Shown: positions 11,029 to 22,580 of the stretch, in pieces
How the letters are laid out: each line of letters opens with the position of its first letter
Position numbering within the stretch: the first letter of the stretch is position 1
Origin: Macrostomum hystrix
Taxonomy: Eukaryota > Animalia > Platyhelminthes
Assembly (NCBI GenBank): GCA_950097015.1
Contig: CATNEN010000010.1
Coordinates: 248,001 to 312,000 of the forward strand
Length of the DNA: 64,000 nucleotides
Reading direction: 5' to 3'
Notes under the pieces: model-generated
Database searches by the model: none
What the model was told of the DNA's origin: nothing
Seen by the model: the letters and a program-made list of their open reading frames with translations, nothing else
Program-made: the position numbers and the translations under genes

Positions 11029-12440
11029 ATGTCCGCAAACCAGGATCACTGGGAGGCCAGCAGACGGGAGCGAGTGTTCGCCAAGAAGGCATTCGAGCAG
11101 CTGCAGCGGCAGTCGGGGGTCAGTTCCGGTCATAGGGTTTCTAGCTCACATCTTTCTAGGCAGTGCGGGGTAGCCGATAGTTGTCGAATTTCATTCTGCC
11201 GGGTTCTGGCATAGTCTCCCGCAGCAATGGCTTGCTTGGCTTGCCTTTTGTTTTGTTGGCTGCGATTTTCTCTGCTTCTCTTCTTTCACAAAGAGAAGGA
11301 CGCGAGTCGCGGGCAGGAGAGAAGTTGGGCCTGCCAGGTGCAAAGCCTCTGGATAAATAAGAATCTAGATTTTGTTTTACTACTTACAGTAGGCTGCTGA
11401 ATCAGTCAGTAATACAAATTCGTGTATCCAGGCCGCTGTCGGACCGCCCGCCTCGGTTGCCGCTGACTGCGCCGAGCTGGACAGCCGCAAGGCCGCCCCG
11501 CCCTCGGACCCGCCGCACGTGGCCTCCGTACCAGCCTGCGACGAAGGGTGAGCGCCGGCTAACACTGGGGCTTGGTAAAGCTTTGATGAGATAATTATCC
11601 CGCTGGTAGGCCATCGAGTACTTCAAAGACTCTCCCTTCACCTGCAGGGTGTGGCGCGCGACCTACACGGGACTGAGCAGTGATGAGCGGTGAGATCTAA
11701 GCACTTGTTTAATCTGGGCTGTAAACACTGAGCACGCATGTGCTGTACAGTCCAGCTTATACCCTGACGCCCTACCGCCGCAGGCAGCGCAGGACCGCCC
11801 GCTACCAGCAGGAGATGGACGAGCGTTACTCCGCTAAACTGCCCAACCGCTTCTCGGTGAGTCCTCTGGTCTGGTTGACCTTCTCCTCAGCTATATTCTG
11901 ACGTTTGAGGCGGCCAGCCAATCTAAGCAGCCAAATGTTCCCAGATCCCAAGCTGAGCAGCCAAATGTTCCCAGATCACTAGTTGAGCAGCCAATCATTC
12001 CCAGATCACTAGTTGAGCAGCCAATCATTCCCAGATCACTAGTTGAGCAGCCAATCATTCCCAGATCACTAGTTGAGCAGCCAATCATTCCCAGATCACT
12101 AGTTGAGCAGCCAATCATTCCCAGATCACTAGTTGAGCAGCCAATCATTCCCAGATCACTAGTTGAGCAGCCAATCATTCCCAGATCACTAGTTGAGCAG
12201 CCAAATATTCCCAGATCACTAGTTGAGCAGCCAAATATTCCCAGATATTCCCAGATCACTAGTTGAGCAGCCAAATATTCCCAGATATTCCCAGATCACT
12301 AGTTGAGCAGCCAAATATTCCCAGATCCCAAGCTGAGCAGCCATATATTCCCAGATCCCTAGTTGAGCAGCCAAATGTTCCCATATCGCTAATTCAGCCC
12401 TCCCGCATTGCAGTCGGTGAACTATGCTCAGCAGTGGTGA
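11029..12440 (+). CDS. Unknown small protein (about 127 aa); exons 11029-11118, 11432-11547, 11648-11689, 11751-11856, 12414-12440 (alternative acceptor 12398, stop 12472)
   Basis: Four consecutive GT-AG introns (GTCAGT, GTGAGC, GTGAGA, GTGAGT donors) with compatible phases 0, 2, 2, 0 give an open frame MSANQDHWEASRRERVFAKKAF...YSAKLPNRFS. No family was recognised. Confidence 0.65.
11915..12380 (+). repeat. Intronic 30-bp minisatellite (CCAGATCACTAGTTGAGCAGCCAATCATTC)
   Basis: Period 30, inside intron 4 of the 11-kb gene. Confidence 0.95.
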
Positions 12441-13740
12441 GTCGGCGCGGCTGTGTGGCTCATGGCTGCTGATCTGAGTTGTTTCTGAAACTCGGACTTT
12501 TCCTTCTGAACGCTGTCAGCTTTCTGTTCCGTCCTGATTTTCTCTAGCTTTAGGATTTTTTTCAGCATGCTTTTAGCCAGGCTACCTATTGTAATTCCCG
12601 TTGCCATTTGTCACGCGTTTCCCGCATGGAATAATTATCTGTTGTGATTAAACTTCTGTGCCTCTGCGCTTTCCGCCTCTGTGCCCTGTTCCGGATTGTG
12701 GGTTTCAGGGTTATCCGCCATTGATAGATTGGGCGGTCTGAATGGGCACCTTTTTACCCAACACTTCTCACAGGTTCAGTTTAGTCTATGGCCTCTCAGT
12801 GTAGTTTAGTCTAAGGACACTCAAATAAAGTTTATATAATCTCCACTAAGGTGAAGTTTAGTCTATGGCCAGACAGGGATCAAGGTTCTGCCAAGTTTTG
12901 GGGGCTTAAGGGTTTCTTTCTCAATAGCTGCAGATTATCCGGTAGGCTTTCCTCTCGGCTCACCCTGCGCTTCTGTATTTTCAATTCTACAAACCAAAGC
13001 AAACAATGCGCTTTCACTGCTTTAACTTATCGATGCGTCTATTTTTTTATTTCTCTTGGTCCGCTTCAGATTTATTTGTTTTCCTATTTTCCAATTGGTC
13101 AATTTCTTGAGTAGTTTTTTGTTTAGCGAGCTATTCTGTGTCACCATAACTCGTTGTGGATCTCTGCTTTTTGTTATTGCTCAAAGCCTGAAAAATACAA
13201 GCCGACAGAAAAGCCTACTTTTTACTTTCCGTTCAACCAGCCTTGAAGCTTTACCTGCTAAGAAATTGGCGGACTTCAGTCACCACTGTTTCCTTTTATT
13301 TTGTGGGTAGGGTCACTTTCTATGAAAATAGATTAAGTCGAATCTGACCTTCAGGAGCGCGTGTCACGCAGCAGGCACATGATTTTGCTATTTTTAGCAT
13401 ACCATCATGCGCCATTTGCTGCCAACCGCTAAAATGAAGAAAAAATAAGCACACAAGAAGCGTTTGACCCAAGCAAGGTCTTCTTCTGGGCTTCTTCTAA
13501 ACTGCTCATGCGCTTAACTTACCGCGCATGGGTTAAACTAACTTCTGGGCACGTGCTGGTCGAAGCTGTTTTAATCAAGATTTATACTGGCACCCAAGTT
13601 GATCGCACTCAAAATCGATGGGGGGGAGAAAGTGACATGCTTCGTCTGATCATTTGAAATTGGAGAATCAGTGAATTCCATTAATGGGGTGCTAAATAAT
13701 TAAGCCCATCCCAATTACCTTATTCACTTTATTCGGGTCC

Positions 13741-14015
13741 ATGAGAATTTCCCGCCGAGCTTTCCCCACACGAGATTTTCCCGCAAGAAGTTTCTCGTGA
13801 TTGTCAGTTTATCTTCCTACCTTTCTCTCTGCCTGGCTGGCTACCTGTGTCGACAGACAGACAGACAGGTAGGATGGTAAACAGGCAATCACGAGAAATT
13901 TCTTGCAGGAAAAAGTCTGTGCGGGGAAAATTCGTGCGTGAAAATCTCAGCGGTAAAAGCTCGGCAGGAAAATCTCGGCGGGAAATTTCCTGCGGGAAAA
14001 CTCGCTGCGGGAGAA
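13741..14015. mobile_element. Imperfect long inverted repeat (foldback/MITE-like) with GCGGGAAAATCTC-type sub-repeats
   Basis: 13787-13803 GAAGTTTCTCGTGATTG pairs with 13886-13902 CAATCACGAGAAATTTC (1 mismatch). The outer arms TTTCCCGCCGAG / CTCGGCGGGAAA also pair, and the centre is the palindrome GTCGAC at 13849-13854. Confidence 0.55.
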
Positions 14016-14059
14016 TCGTTGAATTTAGCTAAATCTAAAAACAACAAAGAGTCCGGTAG

Positions 14060-14536
14060 GTGCTGAAGTGGATTCCTCAGCGTGACGGGCGAGAAAACCC
14101 TCAGAGTGGATCAGCGCTGGGCGGCCTGCAGCGCCAGTGCGCGGCTGCCTCTGATCGGTCGGGAGATTCACAAAATATCCTGTCTCAGTTTCTAGCGAGC
14201 ACCGACTTAGTGGCCGTCAACTCGTTCTTCTTCATTGCCAAGACGCTCAACAAACTGGGATACCTGACGAGCTCCGTGCCCGGCCGTGCGACCTTCGCCG
14301 AATTTTCCAGCGCGATTCGCAGGGCCTGCCTGAAGCCGCGGACTGTGGGAAAATTCGAGCCTTTCGTGTGCATGAGCGGCGCCTACATGTACAGTCTGCT
14401 GCGGAACGGCTGCGGCATGGAGGACCGGCGGGGCATTCTCTTCCTGGACAAAATCGACGGCTACTCGATCGGCTGGCAGCTGGGGCTGGCGCTGGATTTC
14501 GTGATCTCACCTGACGGAGAGCTCAAGCTTTCCTGA
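14060..14536 (+). CDS. GDA1/CD39 (E-NTPDase/apyrase) C-terminal fragment or last exon
   Basis: FVCMSGAYMYSLLRNGCG...ILFLDKIDGYSIGWQLGLAL matches the C-terminal ACR5 region (GWxLG). N-terminal ACR1-4 exons were not found. Confidence 0.6.
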   Translation: MLKWIPQRDGRENPQSGSALGGLQRQCAAASDRSGDSQNILSQFLASTDLVAVNSFFFIAKTLNKLGYLTSSVPGRATFAEFSSAIRRACLKPRTVGKFEPFVCMSGAYMYSLLRNGCGMEDRRGILFLDKIDGYSIGWQLGLALDFVISPDGELKLS

Positions 14537-14799
14537 GCCGAGCCAAGCTGCTCAATGTGGACGCTTTTCTGAATCGGCTCTGACTCTGCTAACCTGGAAA
14601 ATAAGAAAGACCTTAGAAATGAGAATTTACTCAAACGCATAATTTTGGCGGAGACTCCAGTCTAGCCGAATTCCATGCTTTTCCCTGACTTTCTTTGGTC
14701 CGCCCAATTTTATTGGCCAAACTAAATTACTAATTTTTCTTGGCAGTGGGGAGGTCCCGGCAAACAGAAATGAATGCACTGGTGATAGTTGGATGGAGG

Positions 14800-15500
14800 A
14801 AGATGAGCGGATCGAAGGGAGGAAAATGAGGGGATTGGCGGAAGAAAAAAGAGCGGATTGAAGCGAGGAGAAAGGGTGGATTGGAGGAAGGAGGAAGGGG
14901 TGGATTTGCGGAAGAAAAACGAGCGGATTGGAGCGAGGAGAAAAGGGTGCATTGAAGGGAGGAGGAAGGGGTGGATTGGAGCGAGGAGAAAGGGGTGCAT
15001 TGAAGGGAGGAGAAAGGGGTGCATTGAAGGGAGGAGGAAGGGGTGGATTGGAGGGAGGAGGAAGGGGTGGATTTGCGGAAGAAAAACAAGCGGATTGGAG
15101 CGAGGAGAAAGGGGTGCATTGAAGGGAGGAGGAAGGGGTGGATCGGAGGAAGGAGGAAGGGGTGGATTGGAGGAAGGAGGAAGGGATGGATTGGAGGAAG
15201 GAGGAAGGGGTGGATTGGAGGGATGAGGAAGTGGTGGATTGGAGGAAGGAGGAAGGGGTGGATTGGAGGGAGGAGGAAGGGGTGGATTGGAGGGAGGAGG
15301 AAGGGGTGCATTGAAGGGAGGAGGAAGGGGCGGATTGGAGGGAGTAGGAAGGGGCGGATTGGAGGGAGGAGGAAGGGGTGGATTGGAGGAAGGAGAAAGG
15401 GGTGCATTGAAGTTAGGAGGAAGGGGCGGATTGGAGGGAGGAGGAAGGGTGGATTGGAGGAAGGAGGAAGGGGCGGATTAGAGGGAGGAGGAAGGGGCAG
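14800..15500 (+). repeat. Purine-rich 24-bp minisatellite (GGATTGGAGGGAGGAGGAAGGGGT)
   Basis: Period 24, strongly G/A-skewed strand. Confidence 0.93.
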
Positions 15501-15739
15501 TCGTACGAGTTAATAGTAAAATGTACTTTTTGTTAAAATGCGTCATAAATTTAGGCGAATATCAATTGTAATATTAAAAAATCTGGTTGTACACAATGCA
15601 CGTAAACGCACGAAAATCTACAACCACAAAGAAAATGAAATTTTAATGAGAATAGGAGAACGGAGGCTGCAGTAATGGGTTGCCAGGTGTAAGTTTTCTG
15701 AGATGAGCCATCCAACCTCCAGCCGAGCGTCAAGGCGCA

Positions 15740-17458
15740 TCACCGAAGGCTGACGATGCCGACAAACTCAGCGAAGGAAACGCGCCCATCTCCATCGCTG
15801 TCGGCGCCGCGGATCATGTCGTCCACGAGACGATCTGTGACCTCGCCAGGGCGCAGCAGGCGGCGCATGGCGGCCCGCAGCTCTGCTGGCCCGATGAAGC
15901 CGTCCCTGTCGGCGTCGAAGAAGCGGAAGGCCCGCGCCAGCTGCCGCTCTGTCTGCAGCCGCTGCTTGAGCTGCCGGCGGCCGACGAGGCCCAGGAACTC
16001 CTGCAGGTCGATGAAGCCGTTGCGGTTCTGGTCTACGCTGGCAAACATCTCCTGTCGTGAGGAGGTCGGGAGGCCGTGTGATCCCTCTGCTCAGAACTCT
16101 TGGTACTTGTACAAGACCTAGCTCTGCCGCAAGCCTCCGTTTCCATCGCCTTTCTAAAAACTTCTCCTAAGTGCATGCGACTGGAGCATGCAAGCCAGGC
16201 AAAGCTGGTTTCTATGCGCAACTTTCTCTCTCGCCCTCAGCCAGCAAGCCTTTCATTGGCTAGCCAGGCCTGGGCAAAGAGGGTGGCGGACCCCAGATGC
16301 CATTTTTAGCCTGGAGCTTTGCTCAGCCCAGGACTCCAGTTCTCACAGGTTGAACCCAGCCGCGCCCAGCCGCAGGTCTCCCTGCTACCTCAAGCCCGCA
16401 CGGCACGGATCGCCCCTGCCCGCACCAGCCGGCCCCGCGGGGCCGCACCGTGCTGGTCCCGGTGGACGACACCGACCAGACCGACGCCGCGCTGACCTGG
16501 TTCGCCGCCAATCTCAACCGCCGCTCCGACCGCCTGCTTCTGGTCCACATCTTGGATGGCCGGTGCGCAGCGGCTGATCGGGTCGACCGACTGTCCCAGC
16601 GGCTGGGCTTGGCGATTCGGGCCAGTTACTTGGAGAGGCCGGCCGCGGGGATCGGTCAGTCGCTGGTTGAGGCCGCCGATGACGCCGACGTTGACATAAT
16701 CCTGATGGCCAGTCGCGGTCTCGGCTCAGTGGGTCGCGTCGTGCTCGGCAGCGTCTCCGACTATGTGGTGCGCCACGCCCGCCGGCCGGTTATCGTGGTG
16801 CCGCCCGTGGCGGCCCAGCGGCTTCTTCTGACGTCGCCGATGCGGCTGTCGGCTGCCGGATCGGCTCATCGCCGGTCCAGGTCCGCTGACTGCCTGACCA
16901 GCCGGATCTGACACGCTTGACCATGCAGGGACTGCGTGACCACTCAATGAGTTTTCTACAGTTATCCCTCATGACTAATATGGCGCTAATGTTTGACTTG
17001 ACAAGTATTCGAGCGTACGCTCGAGGCGTTTTAATCTCGTTGCCGATCTCACAAAAACTGACCAAACTACACATTTATGATAGTACGAGTATTTATGAAC
17101 TTTCCTAAACAGAAAACTTATTTGTTGTGTTTGCTTTACATTTTTATAATCAGCTGAGCGGATGATAGAAGCAGCAGGTCAGCCAGCAACCCACCTTGAG
17201 CTCGGCCTTGGAGAAGCCGTATCCCAGACAGCGCAGGATGTTGCCGAGCTCCTTCACGCTAATGCGACCGTCGCTGTCGTAGTCGAAGGTGTTGAAGGTC
17301 TGTACACACTCGGCGATTTCCTCATCTGCTAGAGCGTCGGCCAGGTCGGTGTCCTTCTGGACGGAGGCGGAGCCGGGTGGTTCGACATTCTCGACGACCT
17401 GTGGCTTCCCCTGTGGCTTCTTGGAGCCGCCGCAGCTCAGTAAAGTCCGCAGCGGCAT
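15740..17458 (-). CDS. Calmodulin-like 4-EF-hand protein; exons 17458-17195 and 16051-15740
   Basis: EF loops DYDSDGRISVKE, DQNRNGFIDLQE, DADRDGFIGPAE and DSDGDGRVSFAE. Phase-0 donor AAG|GTGGG and acceptor CAG|GAG. Confidence 0.88.
16297..16911 (+). CDS. Universal stress protein (USP) family, nested antisense in the calmodulin-like intron; 5' end uncertain
   Basis: RTVLVPVD...LLLVHI...DIILMASRGLGSVGRVVLGSVSDYVVRHARRPVIVVPP is the USP signature. In-frame ATG16297 is followed by a TGA at 16351-16353. Confidence 0.8.
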
Positions 17459-17510
17459 GGGCAAGGTTCGCTGAGGTTTTCGGTCTGCCGAAGTCACTGC
17501 GGCCAGAGGG

Positions 17511-17517
17511 TATTTAA
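17511..17517 (-). promoter_or_regulatory. TATA-like box (TTAAATA) upstream of the calmodulin-like gene
   Basis: AT-rich heptamer in GC-rich context about 53 nt before ATG17458. Confidence 0.35.
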
Positions 17518-18316
17518 GGGATCAGGAAGCGCAGGGAAGTGCTTACGGGCGCCAAGGCACTCTCTGTGTTTGATAATAGGCAGGGGACGAGTGGGGGTGC
17601 AGAAAAGTGCAGCTGGCGCACAAATCCTCCCATTTTGGGATCAGGCGGTGGGGATCTGGGCCGGGAAGGGCTGGGAAAAGTGCGAAGACTGCAGTTCTGG
17701 CGCCAGGCAGCTGTTGCGCGGATTTTCCTAGTGTTTAGGAGGCACTGGCTGGAGGAAAAGGCGAACGCAAGGACTGGCGGAGATTTGGAAGTTTTCTGCG
17801 CAGATCCGGTTTAGGAGCGGACAGGAAAGATGCATTTGAAAGAAAGTTGCCGCCTTCTTCACCCCCCGCACAATTTCCGTCATCGGTGATGCGACAATCA
17901 GACAGTTCCGCATTTCTATTTTAATCTCTGATTGATTCCACAAGCATTTGATTGCTGCTATACAGAAATAGGGGCATCTGCCAGTCACCATTTTTTATCA
18001 GCCAGTAACTATATTAACTATTAGTTAGTTATAAAATATCAACTATTTTCCTGCCACTCAGGATGTTTAACGATCGATCCACGCATTCTGTCCCGCCTTA
18101 TCGTGTCCCGTATCCTCTGATCTCTAAACTCATTTTCTGACCTCATTATTTACTTAATTACTGCTCATCGAGAATGCAACATGGTGGCAGCGGTGGGATA
18201 GGAATCTGCACCCTTTTGAATTGGGGACTCAAACCAGCAAGACTTTCGTCTGATACGAGTTAACTATGCAATCGGTTCTTAGATGAAAATCAAATACTCT
18301 ACTCCATGAAGCTAAG

Positions 18317-18603
18317 AGGTTGTAGCCTAGTGGTTAGGGCGTCGGACTCACGACTTGAAGGTCGGGGGTTCGATTCCCGACTCCACTGGAACAATTTGTG
18401 TCCTTTAGCAAGATACTTAAATCTGCATTGCTTTAGTTAACCCAGCTGTTAAATGGGTACCAGGTGGGTGTGGCGTCCCCCGAGTCCATGGACTGAACAG
18501 CTGTACGCAGCCTTCAGATGCGCCGCGCATTAGCTGCGGCTGTGCTGTCTGCTGCACATCTGACCCAATTGGGGCAGGTGTAATCAAATATAATTATAAT
18601 TAT
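18317..18603 (+). mobile_element. tRNA-derived SINE with 11-bp target-site duplication
   Basis: A-box TAGCCTAGTGG, B-box GGTTCGATTCCC, a central GTGTCCTTTAGCAAGATACTTAA...AAATGGGTACC block and an (ATAATT)n tail. ATGAAGCTAAG flanks it at 18306-18316 and 18604-18614. Confidence 0.88.
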
Positions 18604-19058
18604 ATGAAGCTAAGCTTGTTACTTACTTCTGTAAAACCTCTGTTTTATTGGACAAAAATGCACAAACCTCACTGAACTGTATGAAGCCCTTCTTCTTATT
18701 AGAAACCCGCGGGCAATATTTCTCTAAAGAAAGCCCCATCATGACAGCAGAAATTCTCTAATGTTCTTAATGCAGTCCTGGGTTGAACCAGCAAAAACTG
18801 GCTGTGCCAGCAGCGGAATGAACTCGTTTTAAGCGCTCACCCCAGACGCAGCTGCCTCAACCTGAGCAGCAGTGGTTTGAAAAAAAACTGTACAAAGCCA
18901 CTACTACTACGAGTATAAAGGCAGTGGTTCACACAGTCATAGAGGCTAGAACACAATTCGCGCATTCTTCTTTATTTATCTGGTCATTTATTTCATTATC
19001 GAATAGTGCGTACGGTGTGTCTAAAACGCTTAGTGCGTGTCCAACAAGTTTAGTGCGC

Positions 19059-19316
19059 GTCTAACAGGATTACTATATGTCTAACAGGATTACTATATGT
19101 CTAACAGGATTACTATATGTCTAACAGGATTACTATATGTCTAACAGGATTACTATATGTCTAACAGGATTACTATATGTCTAACAGGATTACTATATGT
19201 CTAACAGGTTTACTATATGTCTAACAGGATTACTATATGTCTAACAGGTTTACTATATGTCTAACAGGATTACTATATGTCTAACAGGATTACTATATGT
19301 CTAACAGGTTTACTAT
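19059..19316 (+). repeat. 20-bp tandem repeat (GTCTAACAGGATTACTATAT), about 13 copies
   Basis: Period 20 seen directly. Confidence 0.95.
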
Positions 19317-19644
19317 GCAGTGTTGATATCGAAGACCCTGCCAAGAGAAATTTCCACTGTTATATACTTGTAGATTATTGACAGAAAAAATAAAAGCACA
19401 CCCATTGATGAGCTGTATAAGAAGATCGAATGTTTTACAAAAATCGAAAAGAACGTATACAAGAAGAGCAGACATCAAATGTAGCCTTTCCATAGAGGGC
19501 AAATTCTCCACTGCATTTGTCCCTTAAACAATCGGGCAGACACAAGCTCATTTCAAAAGGATGATGAAATATAAAATTATTTCTCATTATCCGGGCATGG
19601 ATCAAAAGTGCATGAAAAGACGCGCGAGTGCAGCCAAGCCTGCA

Positions 19645-22580
19645 TCACTGGACCTGCAGGAAGTCGTGTCGCAGAAGCTCTGTTGTGTCCGCCCGCTCTG
19701 CCGGCTCCATGGCGATGCAGCGTTGATAAAATAGAATCAGCCTGCTGGACGCACCCGCTGGAAGCTGTGGCATCCCTTGAGTCGTCACCCGGTGTGGGAT
19801 CCGCGTCCAGAACACGTGACTGTTCGGGGGCTTCATGTCCAGCATCTCGAACACGGTGCAGCCGAACGCCCAGACGTCTGTCTTTGGAGTGTACATCAGC
19901 CGGCCATCTTCAGAGGTCAGCAGCTCCGGAGCCATGAAGTGAATCGTTCCCTCAGTGCAACAGCTGTGGCCCTTTGTGGTTGTGACGATTTCCTTAGCGA
20001 GGCCAAAATCGATAAGCTTGATGACACCTTCGTTAGTGAGCATGATGTTTGAGCACTTGATGTCTCTGTGCACAATGGCCGGTTTGCGACAGTGCAGAAA
20101 GTTAAGTGTTGAGCAGATCTACAATTTCAATTTTGAGCTGGTATTGTCCGTTGAACCAGCCAACTTGCGGAAGCAACTTACCTGTTTAGAGAAGCTCTTG
20201 ACAGAATTTTCGCTGAACGGCTTGCCTTGCTGCCTCATCAGGTCAGAGAGGCTGTGACCCGCGACGAGCTCCATGAAGATGCAGAACTCATTTTCCAATG
20301 TGGTTTCCGACTTCAGAAACTGCACGACATTGTTGTGCCTGATGCTCCTGAGGATGCCAATGCCTTTCATCTCCTGTTTAATGATTTTCTCCGAGCGAGC
20401 GGGGTCGCTGCTGAAGTCGGTCCGAATCACTTTGACTGCCACAGTCTGGTGCTTGTCAGTGAATGCCTTGTACACGGCGCCGAAACCTCCACTGCCAAGG
20501 AACTGCCTCTGACCATTTGAGTTCTTGAGATAATCCCAACGAGTGAAGCCGGGATCCAGCAACGAGGGCTGAACTCTGAAATGAAGGAGGAAGGGTCCTG
20601 CTTTCATGCCTTCAACGTACCCCAGAGCCCCGACCCGTGAATGAATACACTCAAGCACATGAATACAACCACAGGCACACTCCCACAGGCGTGAAACATC
20701 TGCTCTTCATTTCTCATCGTTCGGCAGTGTACACTCTCATTGTGCTTTAGGCTTTCGTCGACGCAAATTACGCGACGAGCCCCCGAGATTTCACGCGGCG
20801 GCTGCAACCCCTGATAAGATTAGGCCCGCCATTGATTCGAGCTCGGGGACTTCGGTGGCAGAGTTGGACGCCTTCGTGCTCTGCCAGTCAATTTCGGGGT
20901 TACATGGAAGAGTGATTAAAAACTTCATTGCATAGTTACCGGAAGCACTCACGTCTCACAGAAAGAAGGCGACGAAGGGTGCATAGGAGAGACGCCCATC
21001 TCGCTCTCCTGCCTTCGCCTGTCCAGCTCTTCCCGTTGCTCGGTGATCCACTGCTGAATCTCAGCTCCGTGCTTTTTGTTATTTCGCGCGTAGTCCGTCA
21101 CCGACCTTTTGTAAGCGTCCTCCAGCTCGATAGTGCAGTCGCCCAAGCGGTCCCAGATGAGGCGCAGCGATTCCAGGCCCTGGTGCTGAGCCGCCAGATG
21201 AACAGGGGTTCGACCTTGACTGTCCTTTTCTAGAAAACATGTCGGGCTAAGTTCATTAGCGAACCATTGCAAGGCGGAACCGCTGACTTGATTATTGGCG
21301 GCCATGTGAACAGCGGTTTGCTGGTTCTTGCCCTGCTGTAGGAAGCAGTCGTCTCCCAGCTTCGCCTTGATGAACTGCATCGAGTCCGAGCCCTGTCGCA
21401 TTGCGGAAAGGTGGACCGGAGAGTTTCCATTTGTGTCGCTCTGGGTGAGGGACCTCGGTCCGCACAGGTCAACCAGGAACTTAAAAGCGGAATTGCTGAC
21501 AGTATTCATGGCTGCCATGTGCACCGCAGTGCGCTGGCATTGTCCCGTTCGATAAAAGCAGTCGAGCCCAAGCCTTGCGCTAATAAACTGCATTGTTTCC
21601 GAGTCTTGGTATGCTGCGGCAAGATGGACGGCCGTGTTGCTTTGCTCGTCAACCTGCAAGAGGACATAGTCCCCGCACTCTTCGATGAGCCACAGCAGAG
21701 CGGAGCGGTCAGCCGCATTTATCGCCGCACAGTGAACGGCAGTGCGTTGCAACCGGCCTTTTTCGTAAAAGCAGTAAGAGCCAAGTTGCGTCTTGATGAA
21801 TCTCATCGACTCAGAACCCTGAAACTGAGCAGCAAGATGAACTGGCGTGTCGCCGAATCTGTCAGTCACTAGAAGGGTGTCTTTTCCGCGATTTTTGACG
21901 AGCCACTCGAGTGACGAATTGCTCAGAGTGTTCATCGCTGCACAGTGCACCGCAGTGCGCTGGTGTTGTCCGCGCTGATGGAAGCAACGTTTTCCCAGCT
22001 GTTTCTCGATGAATATCATGGAGTCTGAGCTCTGCTTCCGTGCGGCGAGGTGGACGGGTGTGTCGCCGAATTCATCCGTGGCTGTGAGTGCGTCACGTCC
22101 AAACTTTTCGACGAGCCACTTTAGAGCGGAATTGCAGGTCGCATTCTCCGCGGCACAGTGAAGGATGGTTCTTTGAAGCCGGTTTTTCCGCTGGAAGCTG
22201 TCACCGTCGAGAGCATTGAAAATGAGCTCCACACATGAGGCGTCTTGTGCCACCGCCGCACAATGAGCAGGAGTGTTTTCGTCAGTGTCTACACACGTGA
22301 GGCACTCAGGTCCGAGTATCTCGACCAGCTTTTTCAGGCACTCCGGGTTTTTAGCTTTGTAAGCCACATGGTGAGCCACAGACGCGGTGTAGTGGCCATT
22401 TTTATAGCCGCCCACGGTGATTGTGAGGTTGGCATCGAGCCTGCTGCAGAGCTGCTGCAACCTGTCGGTGTCACCGGCCTCGAGAGCGGCGGCAAGTTGT
22501 TTCTGAATTGAGTCGACAGTCGCCATATAGTTTTGGCGAAAAATGCAGCTTCTGATTTTTCGCCTCTTTTCACAGGACAT
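19645..22580 (-). CDS. Ankyrin-repeat + STE11/MAP3K-like Ser/Thr kinase; exons 22580-20953, 20575-20182, 20118-19645
   Basis: About 12 TPxHxAA ankyrin repeats. Donor AC|GTGAGT (phase 2) matches acceptor CCTTCATTTCAG|A (phase 2), then a 63-nt intron follows. Kinase motifs GSGGFG, VAVK, HRDIKCSN, DFG and APE are intact. Confidence 0.8.

Noticed and set aside
10281-11214. Long repetitive ORFs in several frames
   Set aside because: Artefact of a stop-free 30-bp unit. The same applies to ORFs over 8.5-9.3, 14.7-15.5, 27.9-28.9, 47.5-48.4 and 50.8-51.0 kb.
7649-16353. Alternative genetic code suggested by two in-frame stops (TAG7649, TGA16351)
   Set aside because: The other genes in the window end at standard TAA/TGA codons and have no internal stops, so each case is better explained locally.
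18317-18390. Functional tRNA gene (CAC anticodon)
   Set aside because: The anticodon stem does not pair properly, and the sequence continues into a SINE body with tail and TSD.
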